Positions 8,719 through 19,188 of a DNA stretch of 64,000 nt are shown in pieces. Position 1 is the stretch's first letter; every line of letters begins with the position of its first letter. The DNA lies in the IMG/VR virus record IMGVR_UViG_3300028591_000171, positions 14,634 through 78,633 of that record. One strand, written 5' to 3'. The notes beneath the pieces are model-generated. The model saw only the letters and a program-made list of their open reading frames with translations. It made no database searches and was not told the origin of the DNA. Source of the DNA: a virus. Lineage: Duplodnaviria > Caudoviricetes. A program made the position numbers and the translations under genes.

Positions 8719-9705
8719 ATGGCTAATTTCAATACCTACCAGACCAGGAACCTCTACGTCGTCAAGGCCCTTCAGGATTCCGTTGACGATCTCGCCGCCG
8801 CCGGTGACATCTGCTTCGGCTCCACCGCCACCGGAGAGGCTTTCCTCACCTACAAGAACGCTGACGGTATCGTCACCCGTTCCGACCTTATCTATCCGCA
8901 GAACATCAAGAGCCTGAAGAAGACCGCCGCCGCCGATATGGACATCAAGCTCCAGCAGCACACTGTCGCCGTCGACACCAACGAGGTCACTCTCTCGAAT
9001 CTTGTGGGCAAGACCCTCACCTGCGTCATCACCATCAGCGAGGTCATCAGCTACGATCCTAGTGACTCCATCACCGTGACCGCCGCTGTCGTCGGCAACT
9101 CAACCAACACCGCGAGCGCAGCCGCCTTCCATAAGGATCTCGCCATCGCCATCGCTAAGGCTCTCCCGAAGAGGGACTTCCCCTTCCTGAAGGTCTTCAG
9201 CAACGGCTCTGAGGTGACCGCAAACACCGACCCTTCAGATGTGACAGGAGCAGCCGGTGGCGTCGTCCTCGTGCAGGCTCCTCAGAAGTGGGTCCGCGGA
9301 AAGCTCAGCAACGAGCCTTTCGACTTCTCTGTCGCTTTCCATCTCCACGGCTCCAATATCGAGGACACCGCTTGGGGTACCGACACCGTTGCTGAGAGCT
9401 CCATCTCCGGCAACACCGTGATCGCCTCCGCATACGCCCTCGCTGATCTTGAGTACTTCACCATGGGTGAGCGTGGCGATTTCTATCGCGGAAGCAACTG
9501 GCCCAACAACTATGAGCCCACCTACATGATCAATCCTTTCGACACCAGCACCACCTATGACGTCCTCTCTATCGAGTACGCGTGGCAGGGCGGCGCGGAG
9601 AATATCCAGAAGTCTCCGAGGATGATCCAGGTAGCCGGTCCCACAGCTGTTGTCGCTGAGCTCTTCGATGATATCGAGGCTCTGCAGGCTGGAGCCAGTT
9701 CCTAA
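8719..9705 (+). CDS. Auxiliary capsid / abundant virion structural protein
   Basis: 328 aa, capsid-like codon bias, Ala/Thr/Val-rich; LADLEYFTMGERGDFYRG motif; followed by a terminator. Confidence 0.65.
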   Translation: MANFNTYQTRNLYVVKALQDSVDDLAAAGDICFGSTATGEAFLTYKNADGIVTRSDLIYPQNIKSLKKTAAADMDIKLQQHTVAVDTNEVTLSNLVGKTLTCVITISEVISYDPSDSITVTAAVVGNSTNTASAAAFHKDLAIAIAKALPKRDFPFLKVFSNGSEVTANTDPSDVTGAAGGVVLVQAPQKWVRGKLSNEPFDFSVAFHLHGSNIEDTAWGTDTVAESSISGNTVIASAYALADLEYFTMGERGDFYRGSNWPNNYEPTYMINPFDTSTTYDVLSIEYAWQGGAENIQKSPRMIQVAGPTAVVAELFDDIEALQAGASS

Positions 9706-9738
9706 TGGATCTTGTTTGGCTGAATATACATAATATTG

Positions 9739-9773
9739 GCGGGGTGGACTGATTTGTGCCATCCCGCTTTTTT
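9739..9773 (+). terminator. Intrinsic terminator
   Basis: gcggggtgg...ccatcccgc stem followed by tttttt. Confidence 0.75.
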
Positions 9774-9776
9774 ATT

Positions 9777-10526
9777 ATGGAAAAGATACTTATTGTCATA
9801 CCTTACCTCAAAAATGAGGCCCAGGGTGATGAGCTCACGTTGGCTGTCACCGGCTGGAGAAAGTTCTTCAAGGAGAATTATCTTATTGTGATAGTCGGCG
9901 ACTGGCATCCGGTGGTTGAGTCAGGTGATGACATAATGTTTATAGAGTGTCCAAGGGTGAAATTCCCGGGCAAGGGTAACTACTGGGCGCATATAGACCA
10001 TGTGAACAAGTTCCTCAAGGTAAGGGATGCTTTCCCTGACAGCGAGGGGTTCATCTACGCTTGTGACGACATGTACGCCACGAGGGAGTTCGACATTAGC
10101 GATGTGAAGGCGCCGAAGGTGAGGGTAAGGGATATTATCGGGTCATTCCATAGTCCTAACGCGTGGGTTAGGGACAACTATAAGACAAGGAGGAAGCTTG
10201 TGAAGAACGGTCTCCCGTCTATGAACTGGGTATGCCACCTCCCTGTCTGGTATGAGTGGGACAAGCTTCTTCAGATATATGAGAAGTATAAATGCCATAA
10301 GACAAGCTATGTCGTTGAGCAGCTTTATTTTAACACATTTCACGCTAATGATGATTATGTCGTCATAGAGTCTGAGCCTAACGATTACCAGTATAAGCTG
10401 TGGGCAAAGGGTGATAAGATTGATGATTTCGTGGCGGCGCTTGGCGAGAAGATATGGGTCTCGAACTCATGCAAGGGCTGGAGACCGGAGATGGAGGATG
10501 CCTTGAGGCGCTATTACGGCATTTAA
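9777..10526 (+). CDS. Putative glycosyltransferase-like (GT-A type) protein
   Basis: N-terminal ILIVIPY, LIVIVGD, and FIYACDDMY (DxD-like) motifs. Start moved to ATG 9777. Confidence 0.45.
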   Translation: MEKILIVIPYLKNEAQGDELTLAVTGWRKFFKENYLIVIVGDWHPVVESGDDIMFIECPRVKFPGKGNYWAHIDHVNKFLKVRDAFPDSEGFIYACDDMYATREFDISDVKAPKVRVRDIIGSFHSPNAWVRDNYKTRRKLVKNGLPSMNWVCHLPVWYEWDKLLQIYEKYKCHKTSYVVEQLYFNTFHANDDYVVIESEPNDYQYKLWAKGDKIDDFVAALGEKIWVSNSCKGWRPEMEDALRRYYGI

Positions 10527-10551
10527 AGTAACACGCTTACACTTTATAATT

Positions 10552-10583
10552 AAAGGAGTTTGGGTTAAAATCCGGACTCCTTT
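10552..10583 (+). terminator. Hairpin terminator
   Basis: aaaggagtttgg-gttaaaat-ccggactccttt stem-loop after the GT-like gene. Confidence 0.6.
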
Positions 10584-10589
10584 ATTGTT

Positions 10590-10597
10590 TATTTTTG
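10590..10597 (+). promoter_or_regulatory. Bacteroidota -7 promoter element (TATTTTTG) for the tail genes
   Basis: Exact TAnnTTTG match 16 nt upstream of ATG 10614, right after a terminator. Confidence 0.55.
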
Positions 10598-10613
10598 GAC
10601 AAACTATCAGGCT

Positions 10614-11237
10614 ATGGTCATTTTTAATGAGCTAAGGATAACGGAGGACAAGACATGCCTAATCATCGACTGTTCCGTCAGGGACCTCGAGGGATACGCC
10701 GGCATGTACATTGACTCTATAGATATCGATTACTACAAGAACGTCGAGACATACGGCATACCTTCCACTAAGGCTATGCGACTGTACGAGAAGGGTGATG
10801 ACGAGACCGGGAAGAGTGGTGTGCGAGTGGAGCTCAAGGCGGTTGACCTTGACAAGGACCTCATCGGGACTGACACGTTGGACGCCGGTCTTTTCTTTGT
10901 CACCGTCACGTGCGACGGGACACCTGAGAACCCCGAGATACTCGAGAGCTACTCATGCGGCGCGGACAGCACGGTTGATATCGGTGTCGTCCTTGACTGG
11001 CAGGCTGTCTACAGGCTCGGCATCGGATACGCCGCGAGACTCGCCGACGGTTGCGAGCCGTCATGCGACGTGCCTTCAGGGTTCGAGGGGTTCGTTCTTC
11101 TGTGGCACGCGTTGAGGCTGGCGATAAACGTCTGCGACTGGCCCACTGTCTCGAGGCTTTGGGACAGGTTCCTGAGATCATTCAATGGTATGGGCCCTGT
11201 CGGCGGAGTCGTGGCTGGTTGCGGATGTAACAGGTAA
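10614..11237 (+). CDS. Putative tail hub / vertex protein
   Basis: 207 aa starting MVIFNELRIT and ending GCGCNR; syntenic with crAss-like tail hub genes. Confidence 0.55.
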   Translation: MVIFNELRITEDKTCLIIDCSVRDLEGYAGMYIDSIDIDYYKNVETYGIPSTKAMRLYEKGDDETGKSGVRVELKAVDLDKDLIGTDTLDAGLFFVTVTCDGTPENPEILESYSCGADSTVDIGVVLDWQAVYRLGIGYAARLADGCEPSCDVPSGFEGFVLLWHALRLAINVCDWPTVSRLWDRFLRSFNGMGPVGGVVAGCGCNR

Positions 11238-11241
11238 GGCG

Positions 11242-11610
11242 ATGATGAACACAATTGACAGCAAGGTCGCGCTGAAGGTCCTCGGGAGTTATTTCGACAC
11301 TCTCGGTCTTACCGGCTATGTCGGAGAGAGGCAGGTGATGAGGCTTCTCCTCTATCTCTTTCTCGTTGATTTCGTCGAGCACACATACCAGTTCTTCACA
11401 GAGGAGGACCACGCGCTGATATCGATGCTTCTGAGGAAGCTGTACATGAACGGCGGATGCCTGCTGCCTTATCCCGTGATGTGCTCCAACAGGGCCACGC
11501 TCGGCACCAATGACTATATGGGCGAGTTCAGTCTCAGGGTCACTGAGGGCAAGGAGGAGATTGACCGCATAAAGAGGATAACCGAGGACGACATATTAAG
11601 GAGGTTCTAA
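11242..11610 (+). CDS. Putative second tail hub protein
   Basis: ATG 11242; YFDTLGLTGYV, LLLYLFLVDF, GGCLLPYP; directly follows the first hub-like gene. Confidence 0.5.
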   Translation: MMNTIDSKVALKVLGSYFDTLGLTGYVGERQVMRLLLYLFLVDFVEHTYQFFTEEDHALISMLLRKLYMNGGCLLPYPVMCSNRATLGTNDYMGEFSLRVTEGKEEIDRIKRITEDDILRRF

Positions 11611-11611
11611 C

Positions 11612-12346
11612 ATGGCGACATTCGGTCAGATAATATACAGCGTCCTCGATATTCTGAAGGAGCGTGTTGATGACGCGTACTACACCGAGGAGCACATCAT
11701 CTTTCTAGCGGGGAAGATGAGGGCTCTTCTTCTTGAGCGTAAGTACAGGAACACGAGGAACTCCACTTTTGTGGAGATGTCCGACCAGAACAGGCAGGAG
11801 ATATGCGTCTCGCTTGAGGGCGCCGACATGCTCCCGGAGGGATGCGAGGGAGGCTGGCTCAAGTCGACAAAGAAGATACCTGACACTCTCACCGGGACTA
11901 TGCCGAGGCTTCTCGCGCCCAGTGACATGATACACTCGATGGTGACTTATATCCCGGCTGAGAGGATGCCTTATGTCGGGCACAACAAATGGCTGAGGAA
12001 TATTATCTACGCCGCCAAAAGCGCTGACGGATACCTCTACCTGCACAGTGTCAACCCGAGGTTCCTCTTTCTTGAGGGGCTGAAGATGGACGCCGTGTTC
12101 GCTGACCCGGAGGAGGCCGCGGGAATGGTGTGTGATCCGGACGGAAAAGCGTGTGACATCATCAAGCAGGAGTTTCCTCTCGAGGACGCCCTTGTGGCAT
12201 CATGCGTTGAGATGGTTGTGCAGGAGCTTGTAGGATCGAGGTACGCGCCGGAGGACAAGGACAACGACGCCAAGGATGGCCTGGGTGACGCCGCCGTGAC
12301 CACAGCCAAGCCGCAGAGACCGGCGGAGACAGTAAGCAGGGAATAG
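11612..12346 (+). CDS. Tail ring protein (putative)
   Basis: 244 aa; RMPYVGHNKWLRNIIYA and EFPLEDALV; synteny. Confidence 0.6.
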   Translation: MATFGQIIYSVLDILKERVDDAYYTEEHIIFLAGKMRALLLERKYRNTRNSTFVEMSDQNRQEICVSLEGADMLPEGCEGGWLKSTKKIPDTLTGTMPRLLAPSDMIHSMVTYIPAERMPYVGHNKWLRNIIYAAKSADGYLYLHSVNPRFLFLEGLKMDAVFADPEEAAGMVCDPDGKACDIIKQEFPLEDALVASCVEMVVQELVGSRYAPEDKDNDAKDGLGDAAVTTAKPQRPAETVSRE

Positions 12347-12349
12347 GCC

Positions 12350-12811
12350 ATGCCGCTCGCGTTCAACAGACAGGCGAGGTATCCTGATTTCTCCGAGGCT
12401 TACGGCAGGTATGTCTCCGGGGCGAGGACGAGGGGATGTGTGGACGAGGCCACGTACAGGAGGATATTGAGGGCGTACTGCTCGATATTGGCTGACAGGC
12501 TTGTCGATGAGGGTATGGTTGACCTGCCTTGCGACATGGGCATGATAGCCGTGGCGGAGATAAAAAGGAAAGCGAGGTATGTCAACGGGAAGTTCGCCGG
12601 ATACGGAATGGTTGATTGGAGACGAGGAGGAGCTCGTGATGGTTCTCCAACTGCTCTGGGAGTGGTCTTTATACCAACAAGAAGGAAAACCGCCAACCTG
12701 AGAAGTTACGGGTTCGTCGCCAACAGGAGATTGTACCACAGGATAAAGTATGCCGTCGATTCCGGCATGGTTGATTGGATGCCGATGGAGTTTAACGATG
12801 ATATGATTTGA
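12350..12811 (+). CDS. IHF/HU-like DNA-binding protein
   Basis: 153 aa, Arg-rich, helix followed by VDLPCDMGMIAV and VDW; IHF-like genes occupy this slot in crAss-like tail modules. Confidence 0.5.
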   Translation: MPLAFNRQARYPDFSEAYGRYVSGARTRGCVDEATYRRILRAYCSILADRLVDEGMVDLPCDMGMIAVAEIKRKARYVNGKFAGYGMVDWRRGGARDGSPTALGVVFIPTRRKTANLRSYGFVANRRLYHRIKYAVDSGMVDWMPMEFNDDMI

Positions 12812-12812
12812 T

Positions 12813-13547
12813 ATGATACAGACCACTAACATAAGGAGGATTCTCGACAGGGTGATGAGGCACCCGATGATGCGTGACATCCCGTTTGAGACAGCCGTGG
12901 AGTACACGGTTGATTTCATATCGCTCATGGGCACCCCAGCAATCTATGACGAGAAGACGGCTGTCGTCAAGGTCCATAACTGGAGAGGACAGCTGCCTTG
13001 CGATTTCGAGCAGATGATCCAGGTGAGGATGGCTGGCGGGCAGCATTCCAAGCGTTGGCTCAACTGCTGTAGGAGGACCGGGTTTGTCGGTCCAGTGTAC
13101 AGGGAGTCTGGGCACTCATTCCACATGTCTGACATCAAGCCCGAGTCTCTCAACACAGGTGAGCTCACCTACAAGATACAGGGGATGGTGATCTTCACGT
13201 CCACTAAGGATATCGATGTCGAGATAGCTTACAGGGCTTTCAGGGTTGATGACGAGGGTTATCCTGTCCTTCCTGACAACCCGAGTTTTCTCAGGGGACT
13301 GGAGAATTACATCAAGCTCCAGTGGTTCACCATCCTCTTCGACATGGGGAAGATATCAGCGCAGGTTCTCTCCAACACGCAGCAGGAGTACGCGTGGGCG
13401 GCTGGTGACGCGCAGAGCGAGTTCTCGAGACTCTCTCTCGACAAGGCCGAGACGTTGTTCAACTCGTTCAAGACACTCCTGCCGAGAAACCATGAGCACT
13501 GGAAGGCGTTCTTCACCAACGGGTCAAAGGAATTCTGGAGGCATTAG
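12813..13547 (+). CDS. Tail ring protein (putative, portal-proximal type)
   Basis: 244 aa; AVEYTVDFISLMG, WRGQLPCDF, QQEYAWAAG; immediately before the muzzle gene. Confidence 0.62.
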   Translation: MIQTTNIRRILDRVMRHPMMRDIPFETAVEYTVDFISLMGTPAIYDEKTAVVKVHNWRGQLPCDFEQMIQVRMAGGQHSKRWLNCCRRTGFVGPVYRESGHSFHMSDIKPESLNTGELTYKIQGMVIFTSTKDIDVEIAYRAFRVDDEGYPVLPDNPSFLRGLENYIKLQWFTILFDMGKISAQVLSNTQQEYAWAAGDAQSEFSRLSLDKAETLFNSFKTLLPRNHEHWKAFFTNGSKEFWRH

Positions 13548-13550
13548 TAT

Positions 13551-16500
13551 ATGAGGCAGAAAGCGGTCACACTTGTCAACAGGGGAATGAGCCGGGATAT
13601 GTCGGTCTCGAAGATCGACGGGTCGTCGGTGTATGAGAACCGTAACATCCGTATCACCGTCAGGGATAACGACACGATGCTCTCAGTCACCAACGAGAGG
13701 GGCAACAAGGAGTACAGCCTCAACGAGTCGATACATGGTGAGCTTCTCGGATGGAATGTCCTCAACAATCATGTCATCCTCTTCACGCACGAGGGTGATT
13801 CGACTGACAGGATATACAGGATAGATTATGAGAACGGTGGATTCACTAATCATTTACTTTATCCTACAAATAATGAGCAGGGTAGTCTCGGGTTCGATAT
13901 GGATCATCCGATTGAGTCTATCGTTTATCACGAGACCGAGGCCATCCAGAAGATATACTGGGTTGACGGCATACATCCTCTTCGGTTCATGAATTTCATG
14001 GCCACATCGGATGAGATGTCTGGTTGGCAGAATGACTCGTTTGACTCAAACATATCATCAGACTATTCTGTAGAGGTTGATATAACAAAGGATTATTCAG
14101 GCAATAACAGACCGAATGGTGTAATCCAGTATCTTATGACATACTATAACAAGCATGGTCAGGAAACTGGATATGTGTGGATGTCAGACCTTGTTTATTT
14201 GTCACCTAAGGATAATGGAGGCTCCGCTGACGGGACCAACACATGTAAGGTCACGTTCAGGATAAAGTTTGACGAGAATAACAGGTTCACAAATTTTAGG
14301 ATTTATTCCGTTTTCAGGAGCTCACTTAATATAGCGCAGGCGTCTTATATAGTCGCGGACGGCGAGATAGTTGATGATTATATTACCGTCGTGGATGACG
14401 GATATCATGTTGAGGCTCAGGATATAAGCAGGTTGCTTTATCTCGGTAGCCAGAACGTGAATCCAACAACCATAACACATAAGGATCAGACGATGTTCCT
14501 TGGTGGCCTTGAGACCACTGGGCAGAATTATGGTTGGCTGAAAGACCTGATATCGTTGTATCATATATATGACGAGGAGACCGGTCTTATCGATGAGATA
14601 TATCCTGGGACACATTGGGTAGAGTTCATGCTTGATGGCGGGATTCCATATCCGGACAATACAGGCGATTATTATTACGAGAGCCAGCTGTTGTACTCGT
14701 CGTCCGAGATATTGACATTCAAGGGTGGTGAGAAATACAGGTTCGCAATATCGCTCAAGACAAAGGACGGGGCCATGACTCCGGCGTTCTGGATAGGCGA
14801 TATGGTTAACAATCTGTATCCTGTAATTGACGAGAATAATCATGTCATACAGAGGGTAGTTGCCAGATTCGTCATTCCGAAAGACATGTATGACGAGATA
14901 GTCAACAGAGGATTCACCGCTGTCCAGCTTATGATGGCAGAGGCGACTTATGCTGACAGGTCTGTCAAGGCCCAGGGTATAGTCAACCCAACTATGTTCA
15001 ACGTGTGGGAGAGATATAACGACAGGTTATACTCTATGTCGTCATGGTTTTCAAGGCCAAGAGGAGAGGGTGTGGCCAGTGGTCATTTCAGCCCTGTGAA
15101 CAACTCTATATCATCAACCGGCGAGATACAGTGTAATTATTGGGACACGGAGAAAGTGCCAACCCCGTTCTATGAGGTTGTCGGCGGTCATATAGTTGAC
15201 GAGCTTGACGGCGTTTCTGATTATGATTTTCTGAAGATAATTTACAGTTATAAGCACGCCAAGAGCCATAGGGGTTCCAACAACGATGAGTTTTACATCA
15301 CTATGTTCATTATAAAGGCGTCTGGTACGGAGCCTTCCGACTCGTTCACATCGGCGGACCAGACCACTATGCTCGGCGCGTGGGATTGGACAAACCTCAG
15401 CGTCGCCGGAGCTGTAGGTATAAGGACAAGTGAGGCGAAGGGTAATTACAAGCAGGCGTATGCATGGATAGACAACACCCTTAACAATCTCGGTATAACG
15501 GACATCAATATGCGCCCGCTTGATTCCGAGATCAACAACTGGTATAACGCCGTAAGTGACAAGTCTTATCATTATCAGGCGCAGGGGAGTTCGCTGCAGA
15601 ACGTGACATTATTGCTTGACGCGCTCAATGATGCCGTATGGAACAGCTCAAATGGAGACCCTATAGCCTCCGCGAATAATTACACGCTGTCGCTGTATAA
15701 GAGGCATCTGATGTTTGTCGATGAGAATGTGGTCACGCTTGATTCGCCAGAACTCTCTTATGAGGCGGTAAGCATCGACATACCGGATAACGACGCTTAT
15801 TACAAATTCAGGATAGTTGGTGTCGCGAAGATAACAGGTGGATACAGCGATTATACAGTGGAGGCAACTCACGCGCACCTGTCAGGAGAGAATCTTATCA
15901 AGACCCCGTTCTCATCGAGCGGTGAAAAACGCGACAGGGGATGTCTTGTTACATGGCCTTTATGGAAAGAGAATGGGTTGGTTAAAGATAATACAGGTAA
16001 TCCGCCTCCGCCTGATAAGGATGTGGAGGACAGGACTCCTGATTATTATGTGTACACGTCCAACATAAACAAGTATTGGTTGTACCCGTGGAATCATTCG
16101 GGCAAGATAGACGCTTTCACAAAGAAGGATATCGGCGATTTCTCGACGTTGAAATCCAAGACATTCGCCACATTGAGATTCTCTGGATACACGAGGTACA
16201 ATTCCAATCAGTATTTTGAGGATTATATCCCTCAATCAATAAGGATGTTCAACTCGACAGGAAGCCAGTATACCGGTATAAATGTCAGTGATGACAAGAA
16301 GTATTATGACGGCTCTCCAAATATGTCGTTATCGCTGGCTGGAAAACACAAATATCCGGTATTGTTCTCAACAGGCTCTGTGGAGTCCGATGATATATTG
16401 ACGGCGAATCCTCAGACAGATGCGCATTTGTTTATAAACGACCCTGTGCAGATAACGTTCATGAGCAATCCTCACGCGGTGTTGTCTCTTCCGTCATATA

Positions 16501-18305
16501 TCGATCAGACAGACAATAAATACACGCAGGAGATATTGCCGTATATATTCGACAATGACTCTGTTGTTATTGGCGGATATGCGAAGATACCATGGAACGA
16601 TGAGTGGTATAAGGTTGAGCAGAGGCAAATGCACAACCCGTTCTCAATATATGACACAGAGTCGTTGAGTGAGAATGACAGGTATCTGATGATCGGTGAG
16701 ATTTACTACGATTATAATGAGACCGGCGCCGTCGACAACAGATATGGCGGCGTGTCCGATTTCGCCGTTGAAAACAACAGGTTTATTCCAGCAGGTCCAA
16801 TGCTCAGATTGTCGGAGCTTGATGAGTTTAAGGTGACTCCTTCTCCAGGAACGACAATACTATTCGGATATAAGGTTCCTGGTGACAGTGGTGACACATA
16901 CTTCCAGAGATGGGATTGCATGAGGACAAGACCTTATGGTGACGGTGATGAGAACAATGTCATTGATGTAGTCTCTGTTATGCTTGAGACTCATGTGAAC
17001 ATAGACGGAAGGACTGACAACTATCGCGGGACAAAGTATCTGGCGTCTGTTGACCCTGAGAAGTTCGGCAATATTAATCCGGTATATTCGCAACAGGATA
17101 ACTTCTTCTCCAGCCGTCATCTTGATGAGGACTTTGACCAGGACACATACCGCTCGTCAATTACATGGACTCTCGACAAGACAGACTCCGCCGATATAGA
17201 CGAGTGGACTCATATCACTCTGGCCAACTCGCTGAAGCTTGACGGCGACAAGGGTGCGTGCCAGGCGTTGAGGAGATTCAACAACACCATCATAGCTTTT
17301 CAGGACAGAGCCATATCAGAGATACTGTTCAACTCAAGGACTCAGCTATCAACCACAAGCGGTGTCCCTGTCGAGATAGCCAACTCAGGTAAGGTTGACG
17401 GTAAGAGATATATAACCAACAAGTACGGCTGCGTCAACAAGTGGTCCATCATAGAAGGGAAAGCAGCCCTGTATTTCGTCGACAATATCAACAAGGCGTT
17501 CTGCGCTTTCGGCGGACAGGGGATACAGCCACTCTCTACCAAGCTCGGATTTGACGCGTGGTTCAGGAGAATCAACAGTGTCAAGCCTTGGGCTCCGGAT
17601 GCTACGTTCAACAATATTGTGGCCTATTACGACAGGATACATTCTGACGTGTATCTTATCGGCACTGGCGAGGCTTACGGTGACATACCTTGTCTCGTGT
17701 ACAATGAGACTCTCGGAGTGTTCACCAGCTTCTACGATTACTCTAAGGTTCCGATGATGGCCAACGTAGAGGACAGGTTTGTCTCTGTGCGTGACCACAA
17801 GCTCTGGCTCCAGAACGAGGGGATGTACTGCAACTTCTTCGGCACCGATTACGGGTACAGTGTCGAGTATAGGGCGACTCCTGACCCGTATGGTGACAAG
17901 ATATGGACCAATGTGGATTACAGGGCTGATTATTACAGGCTTCTTGACAATAACGCCGACAGTGTCGTGCCTGAGCGTCTGATGATAAACGGTGAGTATT
18001 ACGATGACATCGCCGGGACATATCAGGACGACAAGACCTTTGACTCGTTGAGGATATGGAATGAGTACCAGAACACCGGCGAGGTTGCTCTTGGTATGGA
18101 TTACACGACAGACAAGACCACTAGGCGCAAGTTCCGTATCTGGCACGTGGCGATTCCAAGGTCAGTCAAGACTGAGAGGAACAAGTGGGGTCTCGACAGG
18201 ATTCGCAATCCTTGGATAAGCTTGCTTTTCAAGAAGAACGCCAATTCAGACAACAGAAAGGACATGGCGCAGATACATGATGTGACCGTAAGATATTTCG
18301 AATAG
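13551..18305 (+). CDS. Tail muzzle / stabilisation protein
   Basis: 1584 aa; N-terminal GMSRDMSVSK...YENRNIRI and KIYWVDG; C-terminal NSGKVDGKRYITNKYG, YFVDN, RRKFRIW, RIRNPW motifs typical of this family. Confidence 0.8.
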   Translation: MRQKAVTLVNRGMSRDMSVSKIDGSSVYENRNIRITVRDNDTMLSVTNERGNKEYSLNESIHGELLGWNVLNNHVILFTHEGDSTDRIYRIDYENGGFTNHLLYPTNNEQGSLGFDMDHPIESIVYHETEAIQKIYWVDGIHPLRFMNFMATSDEMSGWQNDSFDSNISSDYSVEVDITKDYSGNNRPNGVIQYLMTYYNKHGQETGYVWMSDLVYLSPKDNGGSADGTNTCKVTFRIKFDENNRFTNFRIYSVFRSSLNIAQASYIVADGEIVDDYITVVDDGYHVEAQDISRLLYLGSQNVNPTTITHKDQTMFLGGLETTGQNYGWLKDLISLYHIYDEETGLIDEIYPGTHWVEFMLDGGIPYPDNTGDYYYESQLLYSSSEILTFKGGEKYRFAISLKTKDGAMTPAFWIGDMVNNLYPVIDENNHVIQRVVARFVIPKDMYDEIVNRGFTAVQLMMAEATYADRSVKAQGIVNPTMFNVWERYNDRLYSMSSWFSRPRGEGVASGHFSPVNNSISSTGEIQCNYWDTEKVPTPFYEVVGGHIVDELDGVSDYDFLKIIYSYKHAKSHRGSNNDEFYITMFIIKASGTEPSDSFTSADQTTMLGAWDWTNLSVAGAVGIRTSEAKGNYKQAYAWIDNTLNNLGITDINMRPLDSEINNWYNAVSDKSYHYQAQGSSLQNVTLLLDALNDAVWNSSNGDPIASANNYTLSLYKRHLMFVDENVVTLDSPELSYEAVSIDIPDNDAYYKFRIVGVAKITGGYSDYTVEATHAHLSGENLIKTPFSSSGEKRDRGCLVTWPLWKENGLVKDNTGNPPPPDKDVEDRTPDYYVYTSNINKYWLYPWNHSGKIDAFTKKDIGDFSTLKSKTFATLRFSGYTRYNSNQYFEDYIPQSIRMFNSTGSQYTGINVSDDKKYYDGSPNMSLSLAGKHKYPVLFSTGSVESDDILTANPQTDAHLFINDPVQITFMSNPHAVLSLPSYIDQTDNKYTQEILPYIFDNDSVVIGGYAKIPWNDEWYKVEQRQMHNPFSIYDTESLSENDRYLMIGEIYYDYNETGAVDNRYGGVSDFAVENNRFIPAGPMLRLSELDEFKVTPSPGTTILFGYKVPGDSGDTYFQRWDCMRTRPYGDGDENNVIDVVSVMLETHVNIDGRTDNYRGTKYLASVDPEKFGNINPVYSQQDNFFSSRHLDEDFDQDTYRSSITWTLDKTDSADIDEWTHITLANSLKLDGDKGACQALRRFNNTIIAFQDRAISEILFNSRTQLSTTSGVPVEIANSGKVDGKRYITNKYGCVNKWSIIEGKAALYFVDNINKAFCAFGGQGIQPLSTKLGFDAWFRRINSVKPWAPDATFNNIVAYYDRIHSDVYLIGTGEAYGDIPCLVYNETLGVFTSFYDYSKVPMMANVEDRFVSVRDHKLWLQNEGMYCNFFGTDYGYSVEYRATPDPYGDKIWTNVDYRADYYRLLDNNADSVVPERLMINGEYYDDIAGTYQDDKTFDSLRIWNEYQNTGEVALGMDYTTDKTTRRKFRIWHVAIPRSVKTERNKWGLDRIRNPWISLLFKKNANSDNRKDMAQIHDVTVRYFE

Positions 18306-18306
18306 T

Positions 18307-19185
18307 ATGGCAAAGTATGAGGATATAATGAAAGGATTCAGCGGAGCTCTCGGAACCTATCCGGGGAGTCCAGCTTTCGGTCAGTCATTCCTTGACCAGT
18401 ACCGTAACGCCAATAGGGCATACGGGTTCCTGAACAATTATACTGAGAATGATCTCGCGGGACTAAAGCCGGCGGAGAGGGCGAATGTTGACGTTTGGAA
18501 AGCCGGGTCAAACGCCATGAGGGGCGAGGCTGTCGCCGGAGGCGTAATCTCCGGGCTCAACGGTCTGGCCACCATAGGGGCGGGTGCTTTGCAAGCTTCG
18601 CGGATAAACGACACCACAGGATTCTCCAATCAGATAGACGATCTCAGCAGGGTCGGCACATACGGCTATAACAATTTCGACGAGATTGCGAGGGATTACC
18701 AGAACACTGATTTCAACCAGTCGATAGACTACGATGATATCCGCGGGATGTCAACCGGACAGAAGATAGGCAATGTAGGCACGAGCGCTTTGGCTGGGGC
18801 TAATACTGGCATGCAGATAGCCGGTCCTTGGGGAGCCGCCGCCGGCGCCGTGATAGGGGCAGGCGCGAGTCTCGCCGGTATATTGTCAGGAGACAGGAAA
18901 GCTAAGGTCGAGGAGTGTTTCCTCAACGCCAAAGCTGACATCGCGTCTGACATGGCGCTCGCCAATCTCAACGCGGCGTCAGAGAGGGTATCCGACAGGA
19001 TGGACAGGAAAGGCGTGATCAACGCTGTAGCAGACGGAGGAAAGATAGGCCGCAAAAGCCAGACGCTTTTACAGTTCATGGAGAGCAAGAGCAGGAAGCC
19101 GAGGCAGAGAAGTGAGGCCACGTTAGGCAGGGTCACAAGATCTTACTGTAACGGAGGAGTTAAATTCAGGATTAGAGCTAAATAA
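18307..19185 (+). CDS. Putative ejected cargo protein with Gly/Ala-rich membrane-inserting segments
   Basis: 292 aa; AVAGGVISGLNGLATIGAGAL and GMQIAGPWGAAAGAVIGAGASLAGIL; follows the muzzle gene. Confidence 0.6.
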   Translation: MAKYEDIMKGFSGALGTYPGSPAFGQSFLDQYRNANRAYGFLNNYTENDLAGLKPAERANVDVWKAGSNAMRGEAVAGGVISGLNGLATIGAGALQASRINDTTGFSNQIDDLSRVGTYGYNNFDEIARDYQNTDFNQSIDYDDIRGMSTGQKIGNVGTSALAGANTGMQIAGPWGAAAGAVIGAGASLAGILSGDRKAKVEECFLNAKADIASDMALANLNAASERVSDRMDRKGVINAVADGGKIGRKSQTLLQFMESKSRKPRQRSEATLGRVTRSYCNGGVKFRIRAK

Positions 19186-19188
19186 GAT

